Assembly: GCA_023336855.1 (NCBI GenBank)
Contig: JAMBLK010000224.1
Location: forward strand, 1 to 31,885
Reading direction: 5' to 3'
Origin: Actinomycetes bacterium
Lineage (GTDB): Bacteria; Actinomycetota; Acidimicrobiia; Spongiisociales; UBA5794
DNA length: 31,885 nt
Within the stretch, counting starts at the first letter, position 1, and every line of letters starts with the position of its first letter. Made by a program: the position numbers and the translations under genes. This document shows, piece by piece, positions 16,507 to 26,821 of this stretch. The notes beneath the pieces were generated by a model, which saw only the letters and a list, made by a program, of their open reading frames with translations, ran no database searches and was not told the DNA's origin.

Positions 16507-16997
16507 CCGCCGAAACGCTGCTCGTCATTGTGGTCGCAGTCGTCATGGTGATCGGCGTCGCCGGGACCGTGCTGCCGATTCTGCCCGGCCTGTGGGTGAT
16601 CTGGCTCGCAGCCGTGGCCTACGGGATCCTCGCCGGGTCCACTACCGGAGGATGGGTAGCGATGGCGCTGATCACGGTGCTGGCGATTACCGGCACAGCC
16701 TCGGCGTTCTATCTCCCCCAACGCACGGCATCGTCGGTCGGTGTTCCCTGGTGGGGCCAGTTGATTGCCCTCGGCTTCGCCGTGGCCGGATTCTTCGTGG
16801 TCCCGATCGTCGGAGCCCCGCTCGGATTCGTGGTCGGGATCCTGGTAACGACGATCGTCCGGGAGCGTCACATCCCCGGCGCCCTCGGCGCGACCTGGGC
16901 GACGCTCAAGGCGATGCTCCTCGCCTCCGGAATTCAGTTCGCGGTCGGCTTGGCGATGATGGCGATCTGGGTGATGTGGGTCTGGGCGGAGATATGA
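16503..16997 (+). CDS. DUF456 (YqgC-like) membrane protein
   Basis: IGVAGTVLPILPG N-terminal motif, PIVGAPLGFVVG, strongly hydrophobic; GTGA overlap with the upstream stop codon. Confidence 0.82.
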   Translation: MTAETLLVIVVAVVMVIGVAGTVLPILPGLWVIWLAAVAYGILAGSTTGGWVAMALITVLAITGTASAFYLPQRTASSVGVPWWGQLIALGFAVAGFFVVPIVGAPLGFVVGILVTTIVRERHIPGALGATWATLKAMLLASGIQFAVGLAMMAIWVMWVWAEI

Positions 16998-17050
16998 GGA
17001 GTCTGGCGTAGAAAACGGCCGAATCGTGCCGTTTTCTACGCCAGACTCCT
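16997..17050. terminator. Perfect 23-bp inverted repeat between convergent genes (bidirectional terminator or REP-like)
   Basis: AGGAGTCTGGCGTAGAAAACGGC - CGAATCGT - GCCGTTTTCTACGCCAGACTCCT. Confidence 0.8.
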
Positions 17051-17064
17051 GGAGGGAGGGGGGG

Positions 17065-18051
17065 CTAGCCTTTGACGGCGCCGCCGGTGAGACCGGACAC
17101 GATCGCCCGCTGTGCCACGAGGAACGTGAGGACGATCGGCAGGGCGGCGATCACCACCGAGGCGCTCAACAGTCCCCACTTGGCGCCGTAGTCGGCGTTC
17201 GTGAACAACTGGAGGCCGACGGCGAGCGTGAAGTTGTCCGTGCTGGACAGCAGTGTTCGTGCCAGAAGGAACTCGCCGAAGAGGCCGATGAAGCTGATGA
17301 TGAAGATCACGGCGAGTGCCGGCCGGGCGAGGGGGAGGATGATCTTCCAGTAGATCGTTCCGACACCGGCGCCGTCGACGCGTGCCGACTCGTCGAGCGA
17401 CTCCGGGACCGAGTCCATGAAACCCTTGATCAAGAACGTGTTGAACCCGATGGCACCACCCAGGTAGACGAGGGTGAGGCCGGCGAGTGTGTCGAGACCG
17501 ATCGCCGGGAAGACGTTCCCGATCTCGATCATGATCAGCAGGATCGCGACGAAGGCGAGGAACTGCGGAAAGATCTGAACGAGGAGCAACCCGAGCAGGC
17601 CCGATCGACGACCCTTGAACCGGAACCGGGAGAACGCGTATGCCGCCATGGCGGCCAGGGCGACGTTGAGCGATGCAGCGACGAGCGAGACGATCCATGT
17701 GTTGCGCAGCCACGTGGTGAAGGGGGTGATGTTGGGATTCTCCGGGTTGAAGAACTCCCTGTAAGAATCGAGCGAGAACTCCTTCGGGATGAGGCTCGCT
17801 CCGGAGAGGTTGTCCTGAGCACTTAGCGACGATGACACGATGTACAGGACCGGGTAGATCGCGAAGATCGACGCCATGATCGCGATGAGGTGGCGCCATC
17901 CGACCGTCTTGAGCCACATCTTCGGGCTCTGCGGCGGATAGACGACCTTCTGTTTCTTCGCCCGACGCCACGCGAAGGGCATGCCGCGCTGGCCACCCGT
18001 CTTGGCGGCTATATCGACCCTGGCCTCAAGCTCTTTGTCAGAGGCTGCCAT
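17065..18051 (-). CDS. malG: Maltose/maltodextrin-type ABC permease
   Basis: EAA loop KGFMDSVPESLDESARVDGA, AAYAFSRFRFKGR, QRAIVSGLTGGAVKG. Confidence 0.88.
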   Translation of the reverse strand: MAASDKELEARVDIAAKTGGQRGMPFAWRRAKKQKVVYPPQSPKMWLKTVGWRHLIAIMASIFAIYPVLYIVSSSLSAQDNLSGASLIPKEFSLDSYREFFNPENPNITPFTTWLRNTWIVSLVAASLNVALAAMAAYAFSRFRFKGRRSGLLGLLLVQIFPQFLAFVAILLIMIEIGNVFPAIGLDTLAGLTLVYLGGAIGFNTFLIKGFMDSVPESLDESARVDGAGVGTIYWKIILPLARPALAVIFIISFIGLFGEFLLARTLLSSTDNFTLAVGLQLFTNADYGAKWGLLSASVVIAALPIVLTFLVAQRAIVSGLTGGAVKG

Positions 18052-19672
18052 AGATCTCCTCCAGCCGTTTTGTGAAGCGGAAACTGAACGCCGATATCAC
18101 CAGCACGATGAGGAAGATGAACATCGTGATCGCCGCCGCCAGGCCGAAGTTGTTCCCGCGGCCCGAAGCGGAGGCGAGGTTGAACGTGAACGAAATGAGG
18201 ATGTCGGTGTGTCCGACCGGGACGGCCGCTCCAAGGACGGGCGGGCCACCGCCGGTGAGCAGGAAGATCAGGTTGAAGTTGTTGAAGTTGAAGGCGAACG
18301 AACCGATCATGAGGGGCGCCAGGGCGACCATCAGCAGCGGGAAGGTGATCTTCCAGAACACTCTCATCCCACTGGCGCCGTCGGTGCGGGCCGCCTCCTG
18401 GATGTCCGATGGGATCGACTGGAGCGCGCCGGTAGCCAGGAGGAACATATACGGGAAGCCGAGCCAGAGGTTGACGAGGAGGATGGCAATCTTCGCCCAC
18501 GTGGGATCCGACAACCAGCGGATCGGATCCATCCCGAGGAGGTCGTAGAGAGGAGCGAGCGTGGCGTTGACCACGCCAAACGCAGGGTTGAGGAGACCGC
18601 GCCACACAAGGATCGACAGGAACGCGGGGATCGCATACGGGATGATGAACACCGACCGATAGAACTTGAGGCCTTTCATCCGGTAGTGATGGAGAACGAT
18701 CGCGAGCGTCAGACCCATTGCGAAGGTGAATACGACCGTGAGAAGGGCGAAGGCCATGTTCCAGACGAAGACTCTGAAGAATGCTTCACGGATCAACGGG
18801 TTCGTGGCGACCCTCGTGTAGTTCTCGGCGCCGATGAATGCGACCCAACCGGGGATGAGGATCTCTCCGTCGTCGCAGACGAAGTTCCCCTTCGTGGCCG
18901 TGATATCTCCGGGGATACAGACCCGGTTCTCAACCGTGTCGATCAACGCGTCCTGTTCGGCGTCGTAGACGTAGCGCTGGCTCGCAAGGACGACGCGCCC
19001 CTGAGAGAGGCCAAGGATGACGATCTCACCATCGGGCGTATCGATGACGAGTTGTTTGAAGTCCAATGAGTTCGCAAGGGCGAAGACCTCGCGTTTGGCC
19101 ATGAGACGGAAACCGTTGAACTCTGGGGGAGGGACTTCTTCGCCGGCGTCGAAGGTCCCCTCACCCTCAATGGCGTCCTCGACCGGTGGTTCGGAACGCA
19201 AGCGAGGCTGACCGAAGAAGTAGGCGCCGTCGTCGTTCGCCAGCAGGAAGCGATACTCCCCGGCGTCGTCGGTGTAGACGAAGAGATCGAAGAGTTGGCC
19301 CTCGGCATCCGGATCCACGTGCACCTTGGCTTCCCAGAAGTCGATCGTCTGCTCTTTGGCTGTGAGGTTCCCTGTCCTCTGGTTCGTCAGTGAGACGTAG
19401 ACGGTGTAGAAGATGGGCAGCACGACGAAGATCGTCATGAAGATCAGACCCGGCGTGATCCACCGCAGTGCCATCGTTCGGGGCCAGAGGTACACCCAGT
19501 TGATGAAGACGGTGCCGATGATCAGGCTGATGAGCATCAGTACTGCGCCATCCCCGATCAGGATGAACGTGGCGTACAGGGCGAGTGCATCGAGGACGGC
19601 GATGCCGATGAGGCGGAACCAGAACCCGCGATCCCAGTCGTTCAGAGTGCGTCGTGTGGGTTCGCCGACCAT
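18038..19672 (-). CDS. malF: Maltose/maltodextrin-type ABC permease with large extracellular loop
   Basis: LQSIPSDIQEAARTDGA EAA loop, SFAFNFNNFNLIFLLTGGGP, TDILIS; 544 aa with a MalF-P2-like insert. Confidence 0.88.
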   Translation of the reverse strand: MVGEPTRRTLNDWDRGFWFRLIGIAVLDALALYATFILIGDGAVLMLISLIIGTVFINWVYLWPRTMALRWITPGLIFMTIFVVLPIFYTVYVSLTNQRTGNLTAKEQTIDFWEAKVHVDPDAEGQLFDLFVYTDDAGEYRFLLANDDGAYFFGQPRLRSEPPVEDAIEGEGTFDAGEEVPPPEFNGFRLMAKREVFALANSLDFKQLVIDTPDGEIVILGLSQGRVVLASQRYVYDAEQDALIDTVENRVCIPGDITATKGNFVCDDGEILIPGWVAFIGAENYTRVATNPLIREAFFRVFVWNMAFALLTVVFTFAMGLTLAIVLHHYRMKGLKFYRSVFIIPYAIPAFLSILVWRGLLNPAFGVVNATLAPLYDLLGMDPIRWLSDPTWAKIAILLVNLWLGFPYMFLLATGALQSIPSDIQEAARTDGASGMRVFWKITFPLLMVALAPLMIGSFAFNFNNFNLIFLLTGGGPPVLGAAVPVGHTDILISFTFNLASASGRGNNFGLAAAITMFIFLIVLVISAFSFRFTKRLEEIYGSL

Positions 19673-19720
19673 GGATCGGGAGTGTAGACCGTCGCTCGCA
19701 AGGGGACCCGGACGCGGAAA

Positions 19721-19743
19721 AGGGAGGGCCGATGGCCCTCCCT
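19721..19743 (-). terminator. Hairpin plus U-run between malE and malF
   Basis: Minus strand AGGGAGGGCC-ATC-GGCCCTCCCT followed by TTT; typical of elements that raise SBP over permease expression. Confidence 0.7.
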
Positions 19744-19788
19744 CGGTGCGTGCTCGTGCACGCGGTTCCGTCTAGTTGTTGGACGTGA

Positions 19789-21096
19789 TCAGCCTTCGGC
19801 GATGACGGTCGCAACCTGATCGGCCATGTTCGTCGCGGCTTCTGCAGCGCCGATGTCTCCGTTGCGGAGGGCGAGGAAGTTGTCGCCCACGGGACCCCAG
19901 ACCGCACCCATTTCGGGAACGTTGGGCATGAACTGACCGGTGGCGGCCGACAACGCGAACGTCGCGTTGACGGGATCGCTCTTGATCTCGTCGAGGGTGG
20001 CGAGATACGCCGAACCACGGGGGTCGGCCTCGAACAGGGCGAGCATCGTCTCAGGTGTGGCGATGTAGTTCAGGAGGAACTCCTCGGCCACGGCCTGGTT
20101 CTCGGAGAAGGCGCTCATGTAGAAGCCCTGAACTCCGACGAACGGACGCATGGGGTTGCCATCGACCGTCGGGAGCATCGTGACGCTCCAGTTGACGTCG
20201 CTCTGGTCCTGCAACGTGCCGAGCTCCCACGGGCCGGTGAGCCAGTAGGCCTGGTCGCCGGCGAGGAAGAGGTTCTTCGCGTCGTCGTAGTTCGTCGAAG
20301 CGACGTACCCGTTGGTGATGAGGCCCTCGAGGACGGCGATCCCTGCAACGGCTTCGGTTGAGTCGAGACCGATGTCTTCAACATCGAAGCCGGTGCCGAC
20401 GTCGTAGCCGAAGATGTAGCCGCCCGCGGCGGACAGGAACGGGTAATGGTGGTACGCATCGCCACCGTCGTTGCCGCCGGGGATGCCGAGGCAGTTCTCA
20501 ACCTCAACCGCGTCACACGTGGCCGTGAGCTCTGCGAGCGTCGTCGGGGCGATCGGAACGAGGTCGGTGTTGTAGTAGAGGGCGACGGCTTCGGTCACGT
20601 AGGGGAGTCCGTACTGCTGACCGTCCCAGCGCAGCGCTGCGAGGCCACCGAGGGTGAACTCGTCGGCACGGCCGCCAAGGTCGATCGGCGCAACGGCGCC
20701 GTTGTCGGCCAACTCGCCAACCCAGTCGTGGGCACCGATAAAGATGTCGGGACCTTCGCCGGCGGGACCCTTCGTGGTGACTTCGTCCTTCATGTCTCCG
20801 AAGTCGACGAGGGTCACCTGGATCTCAACGCCGGTCGCTTCGGTGAACGCCGGAGCGATCTCTTCGATGACGGGAGCGCGCTTCTCATCGGCCCAGATCA
20901 CCAGCGGGGGCAGGTCTTCTGCCGGCACGGTCGTGGTCGGTGCGGCGGTCGTCGTCGTGGTTGGTGCTTCGGTCGTGGTCGTCGTTGCTTCGGTGGTCGT
21001 TGTGCTCTCTTCACCGGTGTCGTCGCTGCTGCAGGCAGCGCCAACGAGGGCGAGGACGAGTACGAGACCAACGAGGGCGATAAATCGGCTCCTCAT
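19789..21096 (-). CDS. malE: Maltose/maltodextrin-binding lipoprotein
   Basis: Start re-called at ATG 21096 behind AGGAGG; lipobox VGAAC, Thr-rich linker, GPDIFIGAHDWVGEL, LYYNTDLVP, GPWE, PFVGVQG, MPNVPEMGAVW. Confidence 0.9.
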   Translation of the reverse strand: MRSRFIALVGLVLVLALVGAACSSDDTGEESTTTTEATTTTTEAPTTTTTAAPTTTVPAEDLPPLVIWADEKRAPVIEEIAPAFTEATGVEIQVTLVDFGDMKDEVTTKGPAGEGPDIFIGAHDWVGELADNGAVAPIDLGGRADEFTLGGLAALRWDGQQYGLPYVTEAVALYYNTDLVPIAPTTLAELTATCDAVEVENCLGIPGGNDGGDAYHHYPFLSAAGGYIFGYDVGTGFDVEDIGLDSTEAVAGIAVLEGLITNGYVASTNYDDAKNLFLAGDQAYWLTGPWELGTLQDQSDVNWSVTMLPTVDGNPMRPFVGVQGFYMSAFSENQAVAEEFLLNYIATPETMLALFEADPRGSAYLATLDEIKSDPVNATFALSAATGQFMPNVPEMGAVWGPVGDNFLALRNGDIGAAEAATNMADQVATVIAEG

Positions 21097-21151
21097 ATCG
21101 GGAGTTCCTCCTGTAGGTGAATCTCGGACCGCTGGACTGCGATCGTCGGAG

Positions 21152-21179
21152 AGTGTATGGGGCTCTCCCAATAAGTCAT
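21152..21179 (-). promoter_or_regulatory. Probable housekeeping-sigma promoter of malEFG
   Basis: Minus strand ATGACT-16 nt-TACACT. Confidence 0.5.
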
Positions 21180-21185
21180 CACAAA

Positions 21186-21215
21186 CTTGCAGAAATCTTG
21201 CAAGGATTCTGCAAG
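21186..21215. promoter_or_regulatory. MalR-type operator array (CTTGCA boxes)
   Basis: CTTGCA (21186-91), CTTGCAAG (21197-204), TGCAAG (21210-15); the whole 30-mer is a near palindrome. Confidence 0.75.
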
Positions 21216-21246
21216 AAGGTTCGAAGCCGCCGTACGCTTGAAGGCG

Positions 21247-22266
21247 ATGAGACCAAAACTTGCCGAAGTAGCACAGCTCGCAGACGTCAGTGAAGCGACG
21301 GTGAGTCGCGTCCTGAACGGTCGTCCGGGCGTGGCGGAAGCAACCCGCCGCCGTGTACTCGATGTGATGGGGGATCTCGGCTATCGAGACGTACCCTCAC
21401 GGTCGAACACCTCCGGCGTCGTCGGGATCATCACACCCGAACTTGAGAACCCGGTCTTCGCTCTCTTTGCCCAATCCCTTCAGACCCATCTCGCAAGCCG
21501 CGGAATGCTTCCGGTGGTCTGCTCAGCGACGTCGGAGACGGTGAACGAGCAGGACTACCTGGAACACTTCCTGTCGACCCACGCGGCAGGTGTGGTCGTC
21601 GTCAACGGTAGGTACTCCCAGCCGGAGATCGGGTACGAACCGTATGTCGCTCTGCGTGACCAGGGTCTGCCTCTCGTGCTCATCAACGGCATCCACGCTC
21701 CAAGCCCGTTGCCCGCTGTGGCCGTCGATCTGAAGGCCGCCACCGCATCTGCGGTCCGTCATCTCGTGACGCTCGGGCACCGGAGAATCGGCATGCTCAT
21801 CGGACCGATGCGCTACTCGACCTCATTGGACATGATGGAAGGCTGTCGCGTCGCGGCAACTCGTCTGGGGGTTGAGTGTGACGAGAGCATCGTGTCAGAG
21901 ACCGTGTTCACCTTCGAGGGGGGACAGGCCGGGAGTGCCCAACTCCTGGAGGCCGGGATCACCGGGATCATCGCAGCGAACGACCTCATGGCGGCCGGGG
22001 CGATCTCTGCCGTTCGTGGTTGGGGCGGCGAAGTGCCCGATGACGTGTCCGTGATCGGATTCGACGGAACACCGGCGATGTCCTATACGGCGCCGAAACT
22101 GACAACGCTGCGCCAACCGGTCGACCGCATGTCGGCGGCCGCAAGCGCGTTGCTGGTGGATGCGATCGATGGCAACGGCGTCAGCCAAACCCAGGTATTC
22201 GCTCCAGAGTTGGTCGTGGGCCGATCGACGGGAACGGTGAAACAAGTACTGAGTACTGAGTACTGA
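21247..22266 (+). CDS. LacI-family regulator (MalR-like)
   Basis: Start re-called at ATG 21247; KLAEVAQLADVSEATVSRVLNG HTH, VPDDVSVIGFDG, LTTLRQP. Confidence 0.94.
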   Translation: MRPKLAEVAQLADVSEATVSRVLNGRPGVAEATRRRVLDVMGDLGYRDVPSRSNTSGVVGIITPELENPVFALFAQSLQTHLASRGMLPVVCSATSETVNEQDYLEHFLSTHAAGVVVVNGRYSQPEIGYEPYVALRDQGLPLVLINGIHAPSPLPAVAVDLKAATASAVRHLVTLGHRRIGMLIGPMRYSTSLDMMEGCRVAATRLGVECDESIVSETVFTFEGGQAGSAQLLEAGITGIIAANDLMAAGAISAVRGWGGEVPDDVSVIGFDGTPAMSYTAPKLTTLRQPVDRMSAAASALLVDAIDGNGVSQTQVFAPELVVGRSTGTVKQVLSTEY

Positions 22267-22279
22267 GTACTCAGTACGG
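22245..22279. repeat. Head-to-head heptamer array overlapping the LacI stop codon
   Basis: AGTACTG AGTACTG AGTACTG AGTACTC AGTACGG; contains the perfect palindrome GTACTGAGTACTCAGTAC (22260-22277). Confidence 0.85.
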
Positions 22280-22329
22280 AGCAGCGACCGACGACACCCG
22301 CCGACATCTCGAGCAGTACGCTGCTCCTC

Positions 22330-23673
22330 ATGAAGATCTTGTTTGCTGCTGCCGAGTTCTTGCCATTTGTCCGTACCGGGGGGTTGGGGAACGCTGTTGC
22401 CGGACTGGCCCATGCTCTCTCCGTCGATCACGACGTCACGGTCGCCGTCCCCGGGTATCAGGATGCCGATGCACCGGGCCGGAAGGTCACGGGGAAGCCA
22501 TGGAAGATGCACAAGGACCGCGAGGTCGAAGTCCTCTTCTGGCTCGATCCATCCTTCGATCGGCCCGGTATCTACGGACCCGACGCGTCTTCTTCGTACG
22601 ACGACAACTGGGAGCGATTCGCCCGTTTCTCGGTCGCGGTTGCTGAGATCGCTGATGGATTCGACGTTGTCCATCTCCACGATGGCCACGTCGGGGCGGT
22701 GGCGTTGAAGACGACGGTGCCAACGGTGTTCACGATCCACAATGCGTCATATCCGATGGTCGGACCACTCGGACCTGCCGTGGAGGTACTCGGCCTCGGC
22801 CCGAAGGCGTCTGTGCTTGGTGGCGATATGGAGTGGTTCGGCGAGGCGAACTTCCTGAAGGCCGGCATCGTTGGTGCAACCCAGGCAACAACGGTGAGCC
22901 CGGGTCACGCCAGGGAGCTCGAAATAGATGAGACGTCCTTTGGTCTCGGTGGGGTCATCCGTGGGTTGTTCCGGCCGATCGTCGGGGTCCTCAACGGCAT
23001 CGACACCGATGACTGGAATCCGGGCCGCGATCCGGGTCTCCCCAAAGCGTTCACCGCAGGCAGTCTTGTGGGGCGCTCGGCGTCGAAGAAGGTGCTGTTG
23101 GCTGAGTATGGACTGGACGACGGGTTCATCCTCGGCAACGTCGGCCGGATGTCGGGGCAGAAGGGCCTTGGGCTCGTCGACTACGACATCGATGCTCTCG
23201 TCGCCGAAGGCGTCCGCTTTGTGTTCATGGGGAACGGTGATCTCGATCCGCTTGTCGACGGTTGGGCTGATCGCCATCCCACAGCCGTGGTGCACGTGCC
23301 CTTCGACGAATCGGGATCTCGGATCATCTTCGCCGGGTCCGATGCCTACCTCATGCCGTCTCAGTACGAGCCCTGCGGGCTCGGGCAGATCTACGCCATG
23401 CGCTACGGGACCCCGCCGATCGTCCACTTCACCGGTGGACTCGAGGACACCGTCTTCGATATCGACGAAGATCCCGAGAACGGCACGGGATTCGTGTTCC
23501 GTTCCTTCCAGCATCCGTCCCTCACGAAGACCATCCGGCGTGCGATGCACTATCAGTCGTCCATGCCGAAGCTTTGGAAGACGATTCAGGTCAACGGAAT
23601 GACCAGGGACTGGTCGTGGGACGCCCGTGCCGTTGAGTACGAGGCGATCTACGAATCGGTGGTTGTGGAGTAG
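22330..23673 (+). CDS. glgA: Glycogen/starch synthase (GT5)
   Basis: AEFLPFVRTGGLG, HLHD, FTIHN..Y, NFLKAGI, TVSPGHAREL, NGID...WNP, MPSQYEPCGLGQIYAMRYGT, TGGLEDTV, M..DWSW. Confidence 0.9.
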   Translation: MKILFAAAEFLPFVRTGGLGNAVAGLAHALSVDHDVTVAVPGYQDADAPGRKVTGKPWKMHKDREVEVLFWLDPSFDRPGIYGPDASSSYDDNWERFARFSVAVAEIADGFDVVHLHDGHVGAVALKTTVPTVFTIHNASYPMVGPLGPAVEVLGLGPKASVLGGDMEWFGEANFLKAGIVGATQATTVSPGHARELEIDETSFGLGGVIRGLFRPIVGVLNGIDTDDWNPGRDPGLPKAFTAGSLVGRSASKKVLLAEYGLDDGFILGNVGRMSGQKGLGLVDYDIDALVAEGVRFVFMGNGDLDPLVDGWADRHPTAVVHVPFDESGSRIIFAGSDAYLMPSQYEPCGLGQIYAMRYGTPPIVHFTGGLEDTVFDIDEDPENGTGFVFRSFQHPSLTKTIRRAMHYQSSMPKLWKTIQVNGMTRDWSWDARAVEYEAIYESVVVE

Positions 23674-23688
23674 ACGGACTCCCGGCTA

Positions 23689-24650
23689 CTACGCCGGAGT
23701 TCTCGAGGCCCACGCGCTCGAGACGATGGCGTCGAGGTCGGGATGCTGCGGAACCCAGTCCAGAATCAATCGTGCCCGATCGGCCGAAGCGACGAGGACC
23801 GGCGGATCTCCAGGTCGACGAGCACCGAACTCGAACGGCACCTCGCGGCCGGCGACACGGGAGACCGACTCGATCACCTGCATCACCGAATACCCCTCAC
23901 CGTTCCCGAGGTTGAGTGCCTCGGTTGCCCCACCGCCGTGCAGGTAGTCGAGAGCGCGGAGGTGAGCGTCGGCAAGGTCGATCACGTGGACGTAGTCACG
24001 AACGGCCGTGCCGTCGGGTGTGTCGTAGTCGGTGCCGAAGACGGTGAGCGGGTCACGGAGAGCGAGGGCTGCATCGATCGCCAGTGGGATGAGATGGGTC
24101 TCGGGTGTGTGACGCTCCGACCTGCCCGGCGCGGCGCCCGCAGCGTTGAAGTAGCGGAGCGAGACGGAACGGATCATCCCCGTGAGGTCGTACTGGGCAA
24201 GAATCTGTTCAACGATCGACTTGGTGGAACCGTACGGGCTGGTCGGTCGATGAGGATGGTCCTCGGTGATCGGGATCTGATCGGGTTCGCCGTAGACGGC
24301 CGCCGACGATGAGAACACGACGTTGTTCACGCCGTTGGTGGCGAGCACGTCGAGAAGGTCGATCGTCTGGGAGACGTTCTGCTCGAAGTAGAGGCCCGGC
24401 TGCTCGACCGACTCGCCGACGGCGATGAGTCCGGCGAAGTGCAGGCAGGCTTCGATCTCATGGTCTCGCACGATGCCGGCGATCGCCTCCCGATCGCCGA
24501 TGTCGGCCTGGTAGAAGGGGACACCGGGAGGCAGTGCACTGTCGGGGCTCCGGCTCAGGTTGTCCACTACGACCACGGCTTCGCCCTGCTCGATCAGATG
24601 ATCGACGACGGCGCCGCCGACGTATCCGGCCCCGCCGGTGACAAGAATGC

Positions 24651-24654
<4 letters not shown>
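23689..24654 (-). CDS. galE: UDP-glucose 4-epimerase
   Basis: LVTGGAGYVG, HFAGLIAVGESV, FSSSAAVYG, SPYGSTK, LRYFNAAG, DGTAVRDYVHV.DLA.AH, RRPGDP. Confidence 0.96.
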
Positions 24655-25795
<1,141 letters not shown>

Positions 25796-25799
<4 letters not shown>

Positions 25800-26821
25800 C
25801 GTGCGTCTGGCTGCGAGTAGTGGGTGGAAGAGAGCTCGCGGAGGCGGGTGGCCGCCTCTTCCGGGGTGAGGTCTCGTTGAGCCTCGGCGAGGAGTTCGTA
25901 TCCGACCATGAACTTCCTGACGGTCGCTGATCGCAGCAGCGGCGGGTAGAAGTGGGCGTGGAGCTGCCAGTGGTCGTGGTCGTCATCTCCGATCGGCGCC
26001 CCGTGCCAACCCATCGAATAGGGGAAGGGGTGCTCGAACAGATTGTCATACCGGATCAGGAGCTCGTTCAGGACAGCGGCGAGCGAGGCGCGTACGGTTC
26101 CGTCGACCTCGGTGATGCGACGGATCGGCGTCTTGGGCACGACGAGCGTCTCGAACGGCCATGTTGCCCAGTACGGCACGAGAGCGACCCACTCTTCACC
26201 ATCCACGACGACGCGTTCGCCGCCGTGTTCCTGATCCAAGTAGTCGAGGAGGAGCGAAGAATCGTTGTCTCGGGCGTAGCGGCGTTGCGTGATGTCCTCG
26301 CGCTCGGGGAGTGTCGGCAGAGCGGTCCCGGCCCAGATCTGTCCGTGAGGGTGGGGGTTCGACGCCCCCATCGCTTCACCGTTGTTCTCGAAGACTTGGA
26401 CCCATTGGTACTGCTCTCCCAGTTCGGCGGTCTGGTCGCTCCACATGTCGATCACCGATTCAATCTCGGTCGGTGTCATCAGCGACAACCGGAGGTCGTG
26501 GCGAGGCGAATAGCAGACAACCCGACACGTTCCCTGCTGGGTTTCAGACCGGAGGAGGCCGTCCTCGCTGTCTGTCGGCTCGACGTCGGGCCGGAGGGCG
26601 GCGAAGTCATTGGTGAACACATATGTGGATTCGAAGGCAGGGTTCGTGTCCCCGCTCATCCGTTCGTTCGTCGGGCAGAGGTAGCAGCGGGGGTCGTAGG
26701 GAACCGGATCTGCGACTTCGATGGACTCGGTGTGGCCGAGCCACGGCCGCTTCGCCCGGCCGGGTGACACGAGAACCCACTCGTCGGTGAGCGGGTTGTG
26801 CCGCCGGTGTGCCGCCGTCAT
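25796..26821 (-). CDS. galT: Galactose-1-phosphate uridylyltransferase
   Basis: HRRHNPLTDEWVLVSPGRAKRPW, CYLCP, FENNG..MGASNPHPHGQIW (HPH catalytic motif), RKFMVGYE. Confidence 0.97.

Noticed and set aside
20928-21010. Repetitive GTC/GGT-rich tract in malE
   Set aside because: Encodes an ordinary Thr-rich lipoprotein linker.
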